A stretch of 64,000 nucleotides of DNA. Source: Auanema rhodensis. Its lineage: Eukaryota; Animalia; Nematoda. Under the pieces are notes generated by a model. The model searched no databases. It had not been told where the DNA came from and saw only the letters and a list, made by a program, of their open reading frames with translations. Shown piece after piece: positions 12,194 to 25,146 of this stretch; the stretch's first letter is position 1; each line of letters starts with the position of its first letter. Location: the NCBI GenBank assembly GCA_964057225.1, contig OZ059898.1, positions 14,508,001-14,572,000 on the forward strand, written 5' to 3'. The translations under genes and the position numbers were made by a program.

Positions 12194-13641
12194 TTATCTC
12201 TTTCGGACTCGTGATGTTGATTCCTACAAAAAAGAATTGAAAAACATGTAATACAATCATTGTAGCTTACCACAATTGATACGACGGAAGTTTTCTTTTG
12301 TTTGAAAACGGCAAAATATGCGGTTCGAAAACTTCTGAAAAGATGAAAATTTTGATTTTTAAATAAAATAAAATCTCTTACTTATTAGACATTAATATTA
12401 AAGTATTGTTAATAGAATAACGATATACAATTAAAAGATTCAAATATTGTAAAAAATAATCAAAATTGTATAATGGAAAATGATAGAAATATAGTAAAAC
12501 TCCAGTTGGTAAGAAGATTCCAGCAAAATTAATAAAAACAGATAATTCATTTCTAATAGAACGAATACCATTTGCTCGTACCTTAAGAATATTATGAATT
12601 TATTATTATTTTTGTCTTATGTTTACCTTTATAATTAAATTGACAAATGTAATAATATATAAGAATGAGGCGAAACATACAAGTATCAAAACCAAATATG
12701 AATCAATAAATACAGTTATTTTAACAGCAATTGTATCTTCTAAAATAAATAAGATAATATTAAAATTATTTAACAAAAACAAACCATTAAATATGAAAAG
12801 ATGAATATATGGATCCCAATTATTATGTACATATGATGTTAAACAAAGGATTGTATTAAGTATTCCATATATAACACATACAATTGCAAAAATCTGAAAT
12901 CAAAAATATAGATTTGAAATGATATTTAACTTGATTTTGGTAGATTGAAACACTTGTAATAGCTTATTAATCTCTTGCTTTCACCGTACATCATCTATCA
13001 TATCTCTTTTAACTTCTATAACTTGAAACTTTTAAAAGTTCAAGTTGTAGAGTAGGCGTACACTACCTCTATCCCTCTCATAATCTTCATCTCTCATCTC
13101 ATTTGTATTCACATCTATACATAGAAACAAATTGTATAAAAAAGAAACATACAGCAATAATTGTTGGACTAAATAAAGATGTATAATATCCTGGAAACAT
13201 AACAGCTACAAAACGATTCATAGCTAAAACCAATATTGTTGGATATTCAGCTGTCCATGTTCCGTGAAAAAATGCTCCAATAACCTGAACATAAAAGAAT
13301 AAATTAATAAATATAATTATTCTATTATACCTTATTAGTCCAATATAATTTAGATGGATTATGAAATGATAAAGCTGCAGCGACTAGTTGACAAACACAG
13401 TTCAAACCTTGCATAAAGGCTGCGAAAGCTAGAATTTGGTATGCAGATAACTTTCGGAATGACCTATTATTAAAAATGACCTGTAAAATAAAAAAAGAAT
13501 TAGTAAAGAAGGTAGAAAAACACAAAAAATTACTTGAATGACTCTTATTTGAAATATAATTCCTAAACCAGTAAACGATACGATAAGGCTGTAGAATATG
13601 TAGTGCTGAGTAGTACGATATTTCTCTTGTGGATCAGACAT
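12194..13641 (-). CDS. Serpentine 7TM chemoreceptor, Srg superfamily (Srx/Srt-like), 8 exons
   Basis: Spliced: MSDPQEKYRTTQHYIFYSLIVSFTGLGIIFQIRVIQ|VIFNNRSFRKLSAYQILAFAAFMQGLNCVCQL...|VIGAFFHGTWTAEYPTILVLAMNRFVAVMFP...|...NK|SFRTAYFAVFKQKKTSVVSIV|ESTSRVRKR*. Seven hydrophobic segments and an LAxNRF motif at the end of TM3. Subfamily is uncertain. Confidence 0.85.
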
Positions 13642-15415
13642 GCTTAAGTAATAATATAGATATAAGTAGTTTATGAAGAAGTTATATTTCATTATTAAAG
13701 AAGTAAGTTAAGTTTTAAGTTTTAAGTTTAAAGCATATGTTGCTGTATATGTACATGTATAGATCAGTATGTGTATTCAGATTGAAGATTGTGCATGCAT
13801 ATACATATATATGTATTTTAACATAACATATTTATATTTAAAGATATATGTATGTCTAGAAAAAAAAAGAAAAAAAATAGAAAATTAGATTTGATATGAA
13901 TACCCAAATTAGTGATTTACATATATAGGTACGTTTGTACCAATATAATATATAATATTATACTAATAAAAGTAAATAAGTAAGTAAAAAATGAGAAAAA
14001 TGATTGGATTATTAAAGAAAAGAAGTAAAAATCAAATTATTATCTGAAATGTTTGCAAAACAACAAAAAGATATAAACGTATTGTAGTGATGATAAATTT
14101 TTGTAAGATTGTATGAATATACATGGACATCTACATACATATATCTAATAATATAAGTAAAATAAGATTTTTTAAGAAATTACTGACTTTTAAATTATTT
14201 TATTTGGTAATTAAATTCTTTTTTTTTTCTCAGTAAAATTAGTAGAATAAGTTGAAAAATGGAAAAGAAGGTCATAGAACAAGTTCAAAACTTATTATAA
14301 GATTAAGAGAGAGAGAGAAAAAGAAAAGAATTTAAAGAAATATAGTTAGAGACATAGACAGAGCTTAATATGAATTTTTCTTCTAAAAAATCATTTTGTT
14401 TCTTCTATATTTCTGATATTACTTATATACTTTATATATGATTTATATTGTGGGCGGTAAATTTATATAATATATTCCCAGCTAATTAATATTATTTTTG
14501 AAAAACTTATTTTTCACCATTTTCAAGCTAATTGAAGAGTTTTTTGAGATCGTACTTTCCCATTTAATCATTGTTTCTCTGTCTATGTTTACTATATCAT
14601 AGTATAAATAGATTTATAATTACTATATTTAGTGAATTATAGTAAAAGATCAAAGAAGAATATTGTTTACAATGTGAACAAGACACACAGTTAAGTGAAG
14701 TAATATGAGAAATCATTATCATATAGTTAAATTGAAAATAATCTTCAAATTTAATCAAATAATTATAATTTTTTAAAGAAAAATATATATAAATATTTAA
14801 GTTTTTCTTAAAGATTATATAAATTATTTTAAATATTTTACCTAAAAATTCTTGAAACTTTAGAATTTTGGCTAATTTTATATAAAAGAAATGAAGGTAT
14901 TAGTAATAGAAATTATATTTTGACATATGTCACCAAAAAGATTTAAGAAGTTATATCTTTTTCGAAAAAAAAATGTTGGATAGTATGGTAAATCAAGTTT
15001 GAAAAGTTAAAACCTTTTCATTTTTGTTTTATAATCCATTCAAAATAATGAAAAAAAATGTTTTTTGTTGTCAAAATTAATTGATTTATTATTAAAAAGA
15101 TAAATTATACAATGAACCATATAGACAATTTTCATAGAGAATATCTGTTATCAATGAATTTCAAATTAATTTTTTAATAAAAAAATCAAAAAAACGTTTT
15201 GCAAGAAAAGTTGTATGAATGATCAATTAAACTTCAAGAACTATAATACTATTGTAAAAACTTTGTATGAGCTTGAAACAACCTGAAAAACATTTTCAGT
15301 TAACTTAAAGTTTTAAAAATATATTTATCGAATAGTTTTTAAGATTCATAAGGATATAGGGTGAGAGGTAGAACACGTGTTATCCACATCTCGGACATGT
15401 ATGTATAATGTGTAT

Positions 15416-15419
<4 letters not shown>

Positions 15420-15462
<43 letters not shown>
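15420..15462. repeat. (GA)n microsatellite
   Basis: Pure GA run. Confidence 0.95.
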
Positions 15463-15465
<3 letters not shown>

Positions 15466-15617
15466 CTTCTTAAAAAATTATTCAAAGATATAAGCTTATA
15501 AATAATAAATGTCAGCATGTTATTTGCAAATATTATTAAACAATGAATTTATTAGAAATTATTAGAAATATTTACAAAGTTTTATAAATTTAACGAAATA
15601 CATATATAACCAATCAT

Positions 15618-15899
15618 CAATAATCTTTGAAAAATGAAATAAAAGAGAATTTGAGTTGCTTCAGAAGCAGCATTAGGTTGTAAAATGGACAGTTTCTATT
15701 AAAAACTTGATATGGAACTTTGAAACTTCGGTTAAAGCTTTGATTCTAAGTTGATAGTTGAAGCTCAATGACAAAGATAAGTTGAGTTGTCTCTTCTTCT
15801 TCTTCTTCTTCTTCAAATCTGTAAAATTCAAAATGTACAGTATATTATCTTATAAATATTAATTACCGTAATCTAAATTAATTAGCTAATTTATGAAAA
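15618..15899 (-). repeat. Right arm of ~290-bp long-range inverted repeat (partner 11415-11705)
   Basis: Base-by-base reverse-complement match to 11415-11705. Confidence 0.95.
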
Positions 15900-17635
15900 T
15901 AATATATTTAACTGTGTTTATCATATATTCTGTACAAGATCTAAAAGATTTTCTTCAACATTTCTAAAAATACAAAAATTCTTTTTTTATCTCACATTGT
16001 TGAGATTAATATTATTTTTTTTTTGACAAATACCATTCATTTCTAAGTATAATCCAAAGATCATGTATACATACTGTCATATAGTTTATTAATCTTAATT
16101 AATTATTTTTCTTTTGAAATAAATTATTTCAAATTAATTTCTTTAATTCCATATATGCTCTCTACTTTCTTTCTTTCTTTTTTTTTTGAAAAAATGTTAA
16201 AGTTGTTATCAAGTTTCAAAGTTTATTGAATATTTTTTGTTATGAAAACATAAATGTTTAACAAGTTTTTAAATAATAATTATAAAAGATTTTAAGATAT
16301 CCAAATATAGTATAAAGTACTATACTGATCTCTGTTAATCTGTACAACTTAATCAAATAATGTTTGAAACATTAGTTTTTAAATAAAAAAAGAAAACATT
16401 TTACCAAAAACAATATCAAAAATGAATTAAAGGAAAACGAATATCCGATTTGTAAAAAACTAATAGTTCTATTGATATTTGAAGTTTAAATTCTTTGAAA
16501 ATTGTATCAAAGGATTGACTTATTTGGATCTCTGGATATCTCTTTCGTCTAGATCTTGTTATTCAGAAATCAAAAACGATGATGATAAAAGGAAAAACAT
16601 TGGTGTTAGAAGGTGGATAACAAGAACAATGAGAAATAATAAAACCATAGAAGTTATTTTAAACAAATCGTTTTACATCTTATTGGCCAAAAATAAAGAA
16701 AATTTAGAAATCAAAAGATAATTGGTATAATCAGATTTGTTTGATTTCAAACAAATTTCTCGCAATTTCTTTGGCATTCTCAACATTTTTATCCTTAGAA
16801 AGTGAAGTATGGATCTGAATATATGGCAATCGTTTGGAGCTAGAAGAACTTTCAGAATATGATTGGATGCTCCAGAACATCCGAATCAAGTACATCCAGT
16901 TTTACTATGCGGACACAACAACTAAGCATAATTAAGTCAGCTTATCTTATATTGGAAAACTATTGTTATATCTGATTTTCATGTTTTATTTTAATAAATT
17001 TGATATTTAATTATATTTATAATAAATAAATAAGATATATACTTCCTTATCAATTATCAAAAATCCATTAAATTACATTGTATTGCTTCATTTTAATTTT
17101 TGAACAATCAACGATTTTATTTTCAAATTTCAGGAGATTAATAATTTTTATTTTTTATTTTAATTATTCTCCTGTCTCATTATCTTTTTCTCTCCGAAAC
17201 CTATTACTACGGCTCCCCCTTCTCTCTCTCTCTCTCTTGTCTCTCTCTCTCTTCCTCTTTAAAGAGATAAGAGATAATATATCTAATAACCTATGTTGAA
17301 CTATTAATGATGTAACATGTCAACTCTTACGCTACGTATATCTCAAATACTTTCAAAACTTTTGTATTTATAGAAGAAAATTTTGATTTTTATTGTTTAC
17401 TAATGTATATTTATAGTATAAATACATATGTATGTTTCAATTTTATTCTTTTTTTTTTCCTATAAGTTTACACAGATGAGATTCTGTGATATTCACATCC
17501 ATTTTTCCCGCTTTCTTTTTTTTTTGAAAATTCTCTTCGACTAACATTAACCAAAAACATTTTTTGAATACTTATATGATTATGTTTTATTGAGAAAAAA
17601 ATAAAATATAAGGGACAAAAAAATTACAAAAGATT

Positions 17636-17717
17636 CGATCAGGATGAGATTCGAACTCACGCGGGGAAACCCCAATGGATTAGCAGTCCATCGCCTTAAC
17701 CACTCGGCCACCTGATC
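17636..17717 (-). tRNA. tRNA-Ser (anticodon GCT)
   Basis: Reverse complement GATCAGGTGGCCGAGTGGTTAAGGCGATGGA-CT-GCT-AA-TCCATTGGGGTTTCCCCGCGTGAGTTCGAATCTCATCCTGATCG; long variable arm. Confidence 0.97.
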
Positions 17718-17854
17718 ACATGTTTCATGGAGTTATCATTTGCTCAATTGTAACAGCCTAACTGATAAGAACTCTGGACTGTTTTATTAGTTTTGAAATG
17801 TTTTAGAATACAAAGAATATCATAGATTAAGTAATAATTCATGAAATATCATAA

Positions 17855-18074
17855 TACAGGGTGGCGCATAAGTAAGTTCACCTTTCGCTTTGATACAAGC
17901 TTTCAGTCTTCGCTCTATTGATTCAACCATTGCCCGTAGATATGCTTCATCTATTTTGTCTCATGCTAGAAGTAATTCTTGTTTAAGATGGTCAGCAGAT
18001 TGAAAGGTTTTTGTCTTGATTCCTTCTTCTTCTTGACATGACCATACAGAGAATTCCATAGGATTCAAGTCCGG
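17855..18074 (-). mobile_element. Tc1/mariner-superfamily (Tc1/maT-like) transposon fragment: transposase C-terminus plus one terminus
   Basis: Minus strand translates PDLNPMEFSVWSCQEEEGIKTKTFQSADHLKQELLLA*DKIDEAYLRAMVESIERRLKACIKAKG, with the (S)PDLNP catalytic motif and RL..CI.AKG tail. The conserved W is replaced by TGA at 17961-17963. The fragment ends in TA+CAGGGTGGCGCATAAG, a Tc1/mariner-type terminus with a TA target. Confidence 0.9.
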
Positions 18075-18370
18075 CAAGTTTGATGGCCAGAAAGACTTGT
18101 TCCAAAAACCTGGAAAATGCTCTTCTCAGAAGCATATGTATATGAAGAAAAAAAAAAGAAAAATCACAAACTTCATAAATCACATACTTAATCAACTTGA
18201 AGTTTGAATTTATAGATTGTGATCGCTTTTTAGACGACAAGAAAAATCATTTTTCATAATAATTTTCACATAAATGTTTATAAGAAAGAGATATTTTTTC
18301 TTTTTTTTTTTATAAATAAAATAAAATAACAGAATATACGCTGTACTTTCTTAATAATATTTATTATTAT

Positions 18371-20560
18371 TTATATTATTTCTGAAGTATCTCTTCTAAT
18401 TATATTAATTGCTTGAACTTGAATAGATTTTGAAGAATTGCCAAAATATTGTTTTCGAATATTCCTGAATGAATAGAGCTTCTTCTAGTACATAACATAA
18501 TCTTTCAATTACTCTTACATCTATCTATCTATTTTCAAATTAAAAAAGAAATTTTAACATACCCATTAAACATTAATAGAAACATATTTACAAAAGCAAA
18601 ACGACATAGAACACAAGTATAAAATATATAATTATATAATTGTGTTGATGATAATGGATGATGAAATATGTATAAAGCTATTCCAGTTGTTATAAAATTT
18701 GTGAAAAAGTTGAGTAAAAGTGATAATTCTGCTTTAACTGAGAAAATACCATTTTCTCGAATCTTAAATATATTCATATAAATTATTATTAATTTTCTTA
18801 ACTATATATGAATATCTTATATTCTATAGCTGAGGATATGACAAAGAGGCGTCTTTTCACATAAAAAGTCAAAAAAACTCAAAGTTTTCAAACAGGCTGT
18901 TGAATATATTCTCAATGAATTTTTAGAAATTTTGAATACATTTCGGAACAATTCTTTTTCCAAAATTATCAATGTATCAAATGGTCCCGCGCGGAAAAAG
19001 TTCCAATAAACATAATATTTATTTATTTTTAATATATTATATATTACCTTTTTAGCTAAATCAAAAAATGTTATAATATATAAAAATGATGATATTATAA
19101 CCAATAATGGAGCAACTCGTTTATCCGTAATTAGTATCATATCAAATAGAGGCGAATCACCTTCAAAATATCAAAAATTAAAATTATTTGATAAATAAGG
19201 AAATATATATAGAAGATATAAATATATATATCAAGGAAATAACTATACAAATTGAAATTTTAAAAATAAAAATAAACAAATTATAGAAAATCTTTTGAAT
19301 AAACAGATACAGACCTTCGAAGTACCATGTAGCCTGAACAGGATCCCAAAAATACGAAGCATTAGGTGTGAGCAAGATAATGAAATTAATTATACCATAT
19401 AGATAACATATGCTCAATGAAATCTATAAGGAATTAACTAATATTATAGTTAACTATACCATATCATATAGTTTAGGAAAATTTATTTATTTTTTGATGT
19501 TCAATTTAAAGAAAAAGATAATTGTTTCTCTTTTATCAAGGAAATAATTATCAAATTGTTATATATTCATATGTTTTTTTGAGGAAAAATGTCATCAACA
19601 ACTTACATTTTCTTTGAATTTTTTTTTTCGAAATTACATGTATTCATTCACCAATTTATATAATTTATAATAAATAATTTTATAAAAATATTCAAGTTTT
19701 TCAGGGATTTTTCAATCACCCAACAATCTTTCATAAAACTTTTTCAAAGTAAAATAATTAAAAGAAAAAAATAAATAAAATACATAATTGGATTCAATTT
19801 CTTATGGAAATCAGGAAAAATAGTTATTTGTCAATGAAACACAACTTCCAAAAATACTCATATTACACCATCCTCATCCCAAAATGCTGTTTCATCACGT
19901 TTTAAGTTTGAAAATTAAAGAAAGACAACCTTAAATGAATTATCCTCAAATATATAAGGAAATAATTTTGGTAAAGTAATAACAGTTAAACGATTTAATG
20001 ATAATAAAAATAAAGTTGGGTACTCAATTGTCCATATACCATGAGAAAATGCTCCAAAAGTCTGAAATAAGCTAAGCTAGGTTAGAACTTTATCATATAA
20101 TTTGATCTAAACATGCCTTATAAATATAAATATTAGAAGATAAATTAAAGAATGGAAATAGCATTGATAAAAATTGATTTAAACAGTATAAACCTTGGCA
20201 CAAAGCTACATGACCCAATAGCTTATAAGCTACAATTTTACGTAAATTTTCTTTAGTTTCAATAGTCTGAAAAATTATTTATCGAGGAAGTTTTTTTTTC
20301 AGAATTTTTAAAATTATTTTTGGAAATTAATTGGCTTGACACTCAACATATTCAAGGAATATCATGTATGTTTCAACATTTTTATGAAGTGGGGGAAGAA
20401 CATTTGATTAAGAAGCTTCTTATCTTACATAGATTAATCGAAAATGTAGAAGAAAACCAGCGAGACTGATCATAAAATAAATTCCATAAAATAGATAATG
20501 AAGTAATGGATATTGAACTAATAATGGATCAATTGATGTAACATCAATATAGCTATTCAT
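18371..20560 (-). CDS. Serpentine 7TM chemoreceptor, paralogue of 12194-13641, 7 exons
   Basis: MNSYIDVTSIDPLLVQYPLLHYLFYGIIFMISLAGFLLHFRLIY|TIETKENLRKIVAYKLLGHVALCQGLYCLNQ...|TFGAFSHGIWTIEYPTLFLLSLNRLTVITLP...|IRENGIFSVKAELSLLLNF...|NIRKQYFG...SEII*. Its six intron positions match the first six of the paralogue; intron 2 has a GC donor. Confidence 0.85.
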
Positions 20561-23013
20561 TAATAAAACTTGAAATAAGTAGTGAAAAGAGCAAATGTAT
20601 TGCCAAATACAAGAAAATTTTGGAAAAATTATAAACTTTTCGAAATGAAGTTGATAAGTGTGAATGGGTGTACAACTTCAAATGCAACTCAAACTTGTAT
20701 TCGAATGAGTTTTTTTCTAAACATAATGTATATTTCAAATCTTTTTATTTATACAAATATATATTTTTGCAATATATAAATCAAAATACAAATATAAAAT
20801 ACAAAAAATTTAATTAATATTTATTGATTTTTTTACTTTTTACTTTATTAAATAGTTATTTATTATAATTTATATATATAGTATACAATATTTTTTTATT
20901 TTTTCGAAATAAAATTATTAAAGAAGTAACATCATAGCTCCTGCTTCATCATATTTCTGGAGTTCATGCATACGTGAGATATACAGAGATACAGATTGTA
21001 AAACAATTCTTGAACCTTCTCTCATTTTCATGTTTCCAACTGACTATAATAGTTTTTGAAGTTTCATTTTTTTCTATTTTCATCATTTTAAGAGACAAAT
21101 ATATTTATTTATTTCATACTGTATTTATTTTTGAATTACAGTATGCTCTCAAAGAACAAAAAAAAAAGAAAATTGAATATAATATGATGTGTTGTCAATA
21201 ACTACATGACCAATACGTATGTCATATCAAAAAAAATCAAGAAAAAACTGTTAAAAGAGAAAAGAATTTATTTCTGAAATTATTGAATTTATTGGAAAAA
21301 TTAGCAAAAACTCTTTTTTTTTTTCAAAATCTAACGGATGATGGCCACGTATTTATTGACACACCTAATATATAGCACGAACTTATTTATTTATTTTTTT
21401 AAATTAAGAAGAAATTTTTTAAATTAAAAATTAAATTATTTCGTATATCATATAGTATATTGGAAATTTTATGGAGAGTTTTCTTGTAATATAACCTATC
21501 TACTCAACTAGTAGGGCTAAGAAAATTCAATAAATTGTTCGAATCTTTATAGCTATGCTATGTTTAGTCTTTTACTACTATCTGAACTGGAAGAGAGAAG
21601 TTGTATTAAGTCTGTTTATTCTGGAAGAAACCAGGTTTTTCCCTACCGGATCCGTTCAAATTTGCTAAATTTAGGATATGTTAGAACTGTAAGAAAAGGC
21701 ATAGTTAGCTAGCTAACTATCAATCTAAAAAGTTTATATAATTCAAATAATCTAGTTAATTTCTATTTTTGATTTTCGATCAAACAGATTCACAAAGGAA
21801 AAATACAATTGATTGAAACAATTCTTATTTTCTTCAAAATTTGTATTTCAGATCTTGCGAAAAAAAAAGAAAAAATACAAAAATATTTAAATAAATACCG
21901 TATTTTGAATTGGGTCTTAACAAGAAAAACGGGTTCATTTTCTCTCAATAACTCAATACACAATCTTTCTCATATATGTACGTATATCCACTAGATGGAC
22001 TGAAGACGTCGTTCCATAATACTCGTTGAAGGTTGTAAGATTCATGGTCAACAATGGCCAAATGTTTCTTCTGAACAACGTCAGTGGCTACACAGAGCTC
22101 AATGACAATCACACAATTGAAGCCGATAACGATACCGATGAATGAAGATACATCATAGCGTAGGCTTCTTCTCTTAACAGCAATCACATCACGTGTTCTA
22201 ACGCACACATCTCACACACACACAATCTCCATCATCATCATTAGACATACGTTTTACCTCATCGTTATGTCTTTTGCCGTCATCTGAAGTCACGGAGTGA
22301 AACAGGATTTCATTTTAGTCTGCATGTATGTTTGATTTCATTCAATTTTTGCGATAAAGCTATAAGCTAATTGATGAATTAAGATTAAGCTGGTTGATTA
22401 ATATGATGAATAAAAATAAAATAACATATAAATTAAAAAATATTAACTATATGATATAGTAAAGAAAAGTTTCTTTTATTTGTTTATAATATATGAATAG
22501 ATAGAAAGATAGATAGATAGATAGATAAATAGATAGAAACATACATAACTATATACATATATCTAATTAATCTCCTTAATTATATAATGTACAATCCAGT
22601 TTTTTAATTAAGTTGTAAACAATCAAACAACATATCTTTCATAATAGAAATACATCATAACATCAAAAGATCAAACTCAGAACTTTAAAGCCTTTAATAG
22701 CTGTGTTGTTCGATCTCGAAATTGTTTTTGGTTTTCTTAGTCCCACAATTGGCTGAATAGCCTTCTCATATACCAGCTTAGTTTTCATTCATCTTTACAC
22801 CTGCTTCTCCTTCTGAAGCAGCTTCTTCATCATCTCCAGCCTATCTCTTCATGCTTTCCCATTCTCCAAACATATATCGCGCTTGTCCATTAGATGGACA
22901 TCATCAATGTCATTTCACCTCCATCTCTCAGTTTTAGAACTATTATTATTACCTTTTTCATTTCTTTTCTACACTAATTCATGATGAACATTTTATTTTC
23001 TTTTTTAGCATAA

Positions 23014-23015
<2 letters not shown>

Positions 23016-23091
<76 letters not shown>
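23016..23091. repeat. (TC)n microsatellite
   Basis: About 75-bp pure TC run. Confidence 0.95.
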
Positions 23092-23095
<4 letters not shown>

Positions 23096-25146
23096 AGTTA
23101 TTATTCTTTTATGTTATACAACTTTTTTTTCTAATTTTACTATCGAAATTTCCATTAAATTATTTTATTTTTTCATTTAATTATCTTTTTTTTCTTTTTA
23201 TTATAATCATTATAATTCGATTTTTATGATCATTTCTGTTATTACGTTGAGTATTATCTACCTTTCTTCAGGTATTCAGATCATCTACTCCCTTCTGGTT
23301 GAAGTAGTAGCTCAGTATGTAGCCATCATTCTCACCTCACAAACAACAATGTCCTTTTCCCTTTTCAATTTTTCTTCAAAAAAAAAAACGAATTTCAGGT
23401 TTAATTAGTAAATTCTGATTTTTATAAAACCGGCTTTTTTCAATTTCTGTCTGCAAAATTCGCCTACATAACTCGAATGATGTATGACCATTAGTTGAAG
23501 TACCATATAAAGATTGTAGTACTATAGGTCTATTCCGTAATGATTATTGTTCCAACTTAAGAGTTGTATCGGGGTTAGTGTATTACTTTGATCATCATTC
23601 ACTTCATCTTTCTATTCAATTGAGTTTAGCAGAAAAAGAAAAAATGAGATTTAAACTTAGTGTCACTAGTAAAAGATACGGTGAAACGTTACTGTACATT
23701 CTTTGTAGAAACGGTAAACGTGAATGTTAGCGATAGCGGTCAAGTAATATAAAAAATATAATTTGAGAATTCTGAAGTACAGTAAGGACTTATGGATTTC
23801 TTTCTTTCAAGCAATTCCGTTATCAATCTTTGTTTCCTTTTCAAATTTTCATAAACACTTTAGATATGTGACCACCCACTGTTTTTCATTCTTTCTTTCT
23901 TTCTTTTTTGGTCTTGTGCCAATCGAGTAACTCTTGTGGTTTTCAGACATAAATTTACATTTTTTTGTTTAAAAACAGATAAATTGTGAAAAACAAACAA
24001 AAAAACCTTTAAAATCCTGTTCTTTTTATTCTTATTGACAAAAGATAAATACTATTTGTCTCCTTTTTTGGCTTTTCCTAACTGATTTTCTAATCTCAGA
24101 TCCAGTTTTTCTTATCCAGTATCCATCTATTCTTGTATGTTGCCATTTGACTTGATTGCCAGTACAAGCTAGCTGAAGCAGATTACGTAATCAGGCTAGT
24201 TAAGCTAAGCTAGCAGCCGCAAAACGCTGCAAGCAAGTAGGCATGATTCGTCGTCATCGCCATTGGATGGTCAGTCAGATGTTCTCATCGTTGTGCTATA
24301 CGACGGCGCATTTCTCGTCGTCTGATCCATCAGTCTGATTTGTATGTCCAATCAACACATATCTACTAAAGACAATATTCCATTTATGCATTTACCCGGT
24401 TTTTCATCAGCTTCAACGAATCCTCCTACTTCCCTGCTGCTCCTCCTTCTTCTTTGCCTCCTCCTTCTCCATTCCACCAGTCCTTCGATAGTTAAACTAC
24501 TTCCTTCCACGCAACGGTGTCCTTTAATCCATTTTCAGAGTTTAATTCTCAGTTTCTAAACACCTCTATAAACAGGTTATCCATGAATATATTCTTTAAT
24601 TTTTATTATAAATATCCTTTTTGATTTGGCATTCTATCAAGTTTTATCAAATTCATAAAGTTTATTTTCTTCCAACCTAACTAATCCTTATCATCATCAA
24701 GACTTTCATAAAAATGAATAATTTGAAGAATATTTAGTAATTGCAGCGTATAATTCCAAATTCAAATGAAAATGGAAGAATTTTTTGAAGAAATAACAGC
24801 AAAAGATGTTCCTTTACGACGTCGTTCTCCTCCAATTCTACAATAGCGTTCAACTCATTAACATGGTCTCAACGGCCGAGTTTTTCCTCCTTTTTTCCGC
24901 ACAAAATCTTATTTTCTTTATCTATTTTTTCTTATATTTAATCAATTTATATATTTTTCACTTATTAGTGAAGCTTGCATAACAACTCCTGATACTTAAT
25001 CATTTTCAATTGAACTTTCTTTTTTTGAACTTCTTCTTTACCGTATCTCATTTTACTTTTTTATTTTTTTATAAAAATCGTATCCTTTTTTTAGTTTCTT
25101 AATCAAATTCATTAGAAAATTATTTTATAATTCATATTACAGGGTA

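Noticed and set aside
16500-16930. Hydrophobic minus-strand peptide (MVLLFLIVLVIHLLTPMFFLL...) suggesting a GPCR pseudogene
   Set aside because: Interrupted by stops, no diagnostic motif, and no consistent exon chain could be built.
21345-21372. Mariner-like terminus (reverse complement TATATTAGGTGTGTCAATAAATACGTGG)
   Set aside because: No partner terminus or transposase sequence found nearby; cannot be supported alone.
21945-22208. 87-aa minus-strand ORF in a GC-richer block
   Set aside because: GTG start, no motif and no splice context; more likely non-coding.
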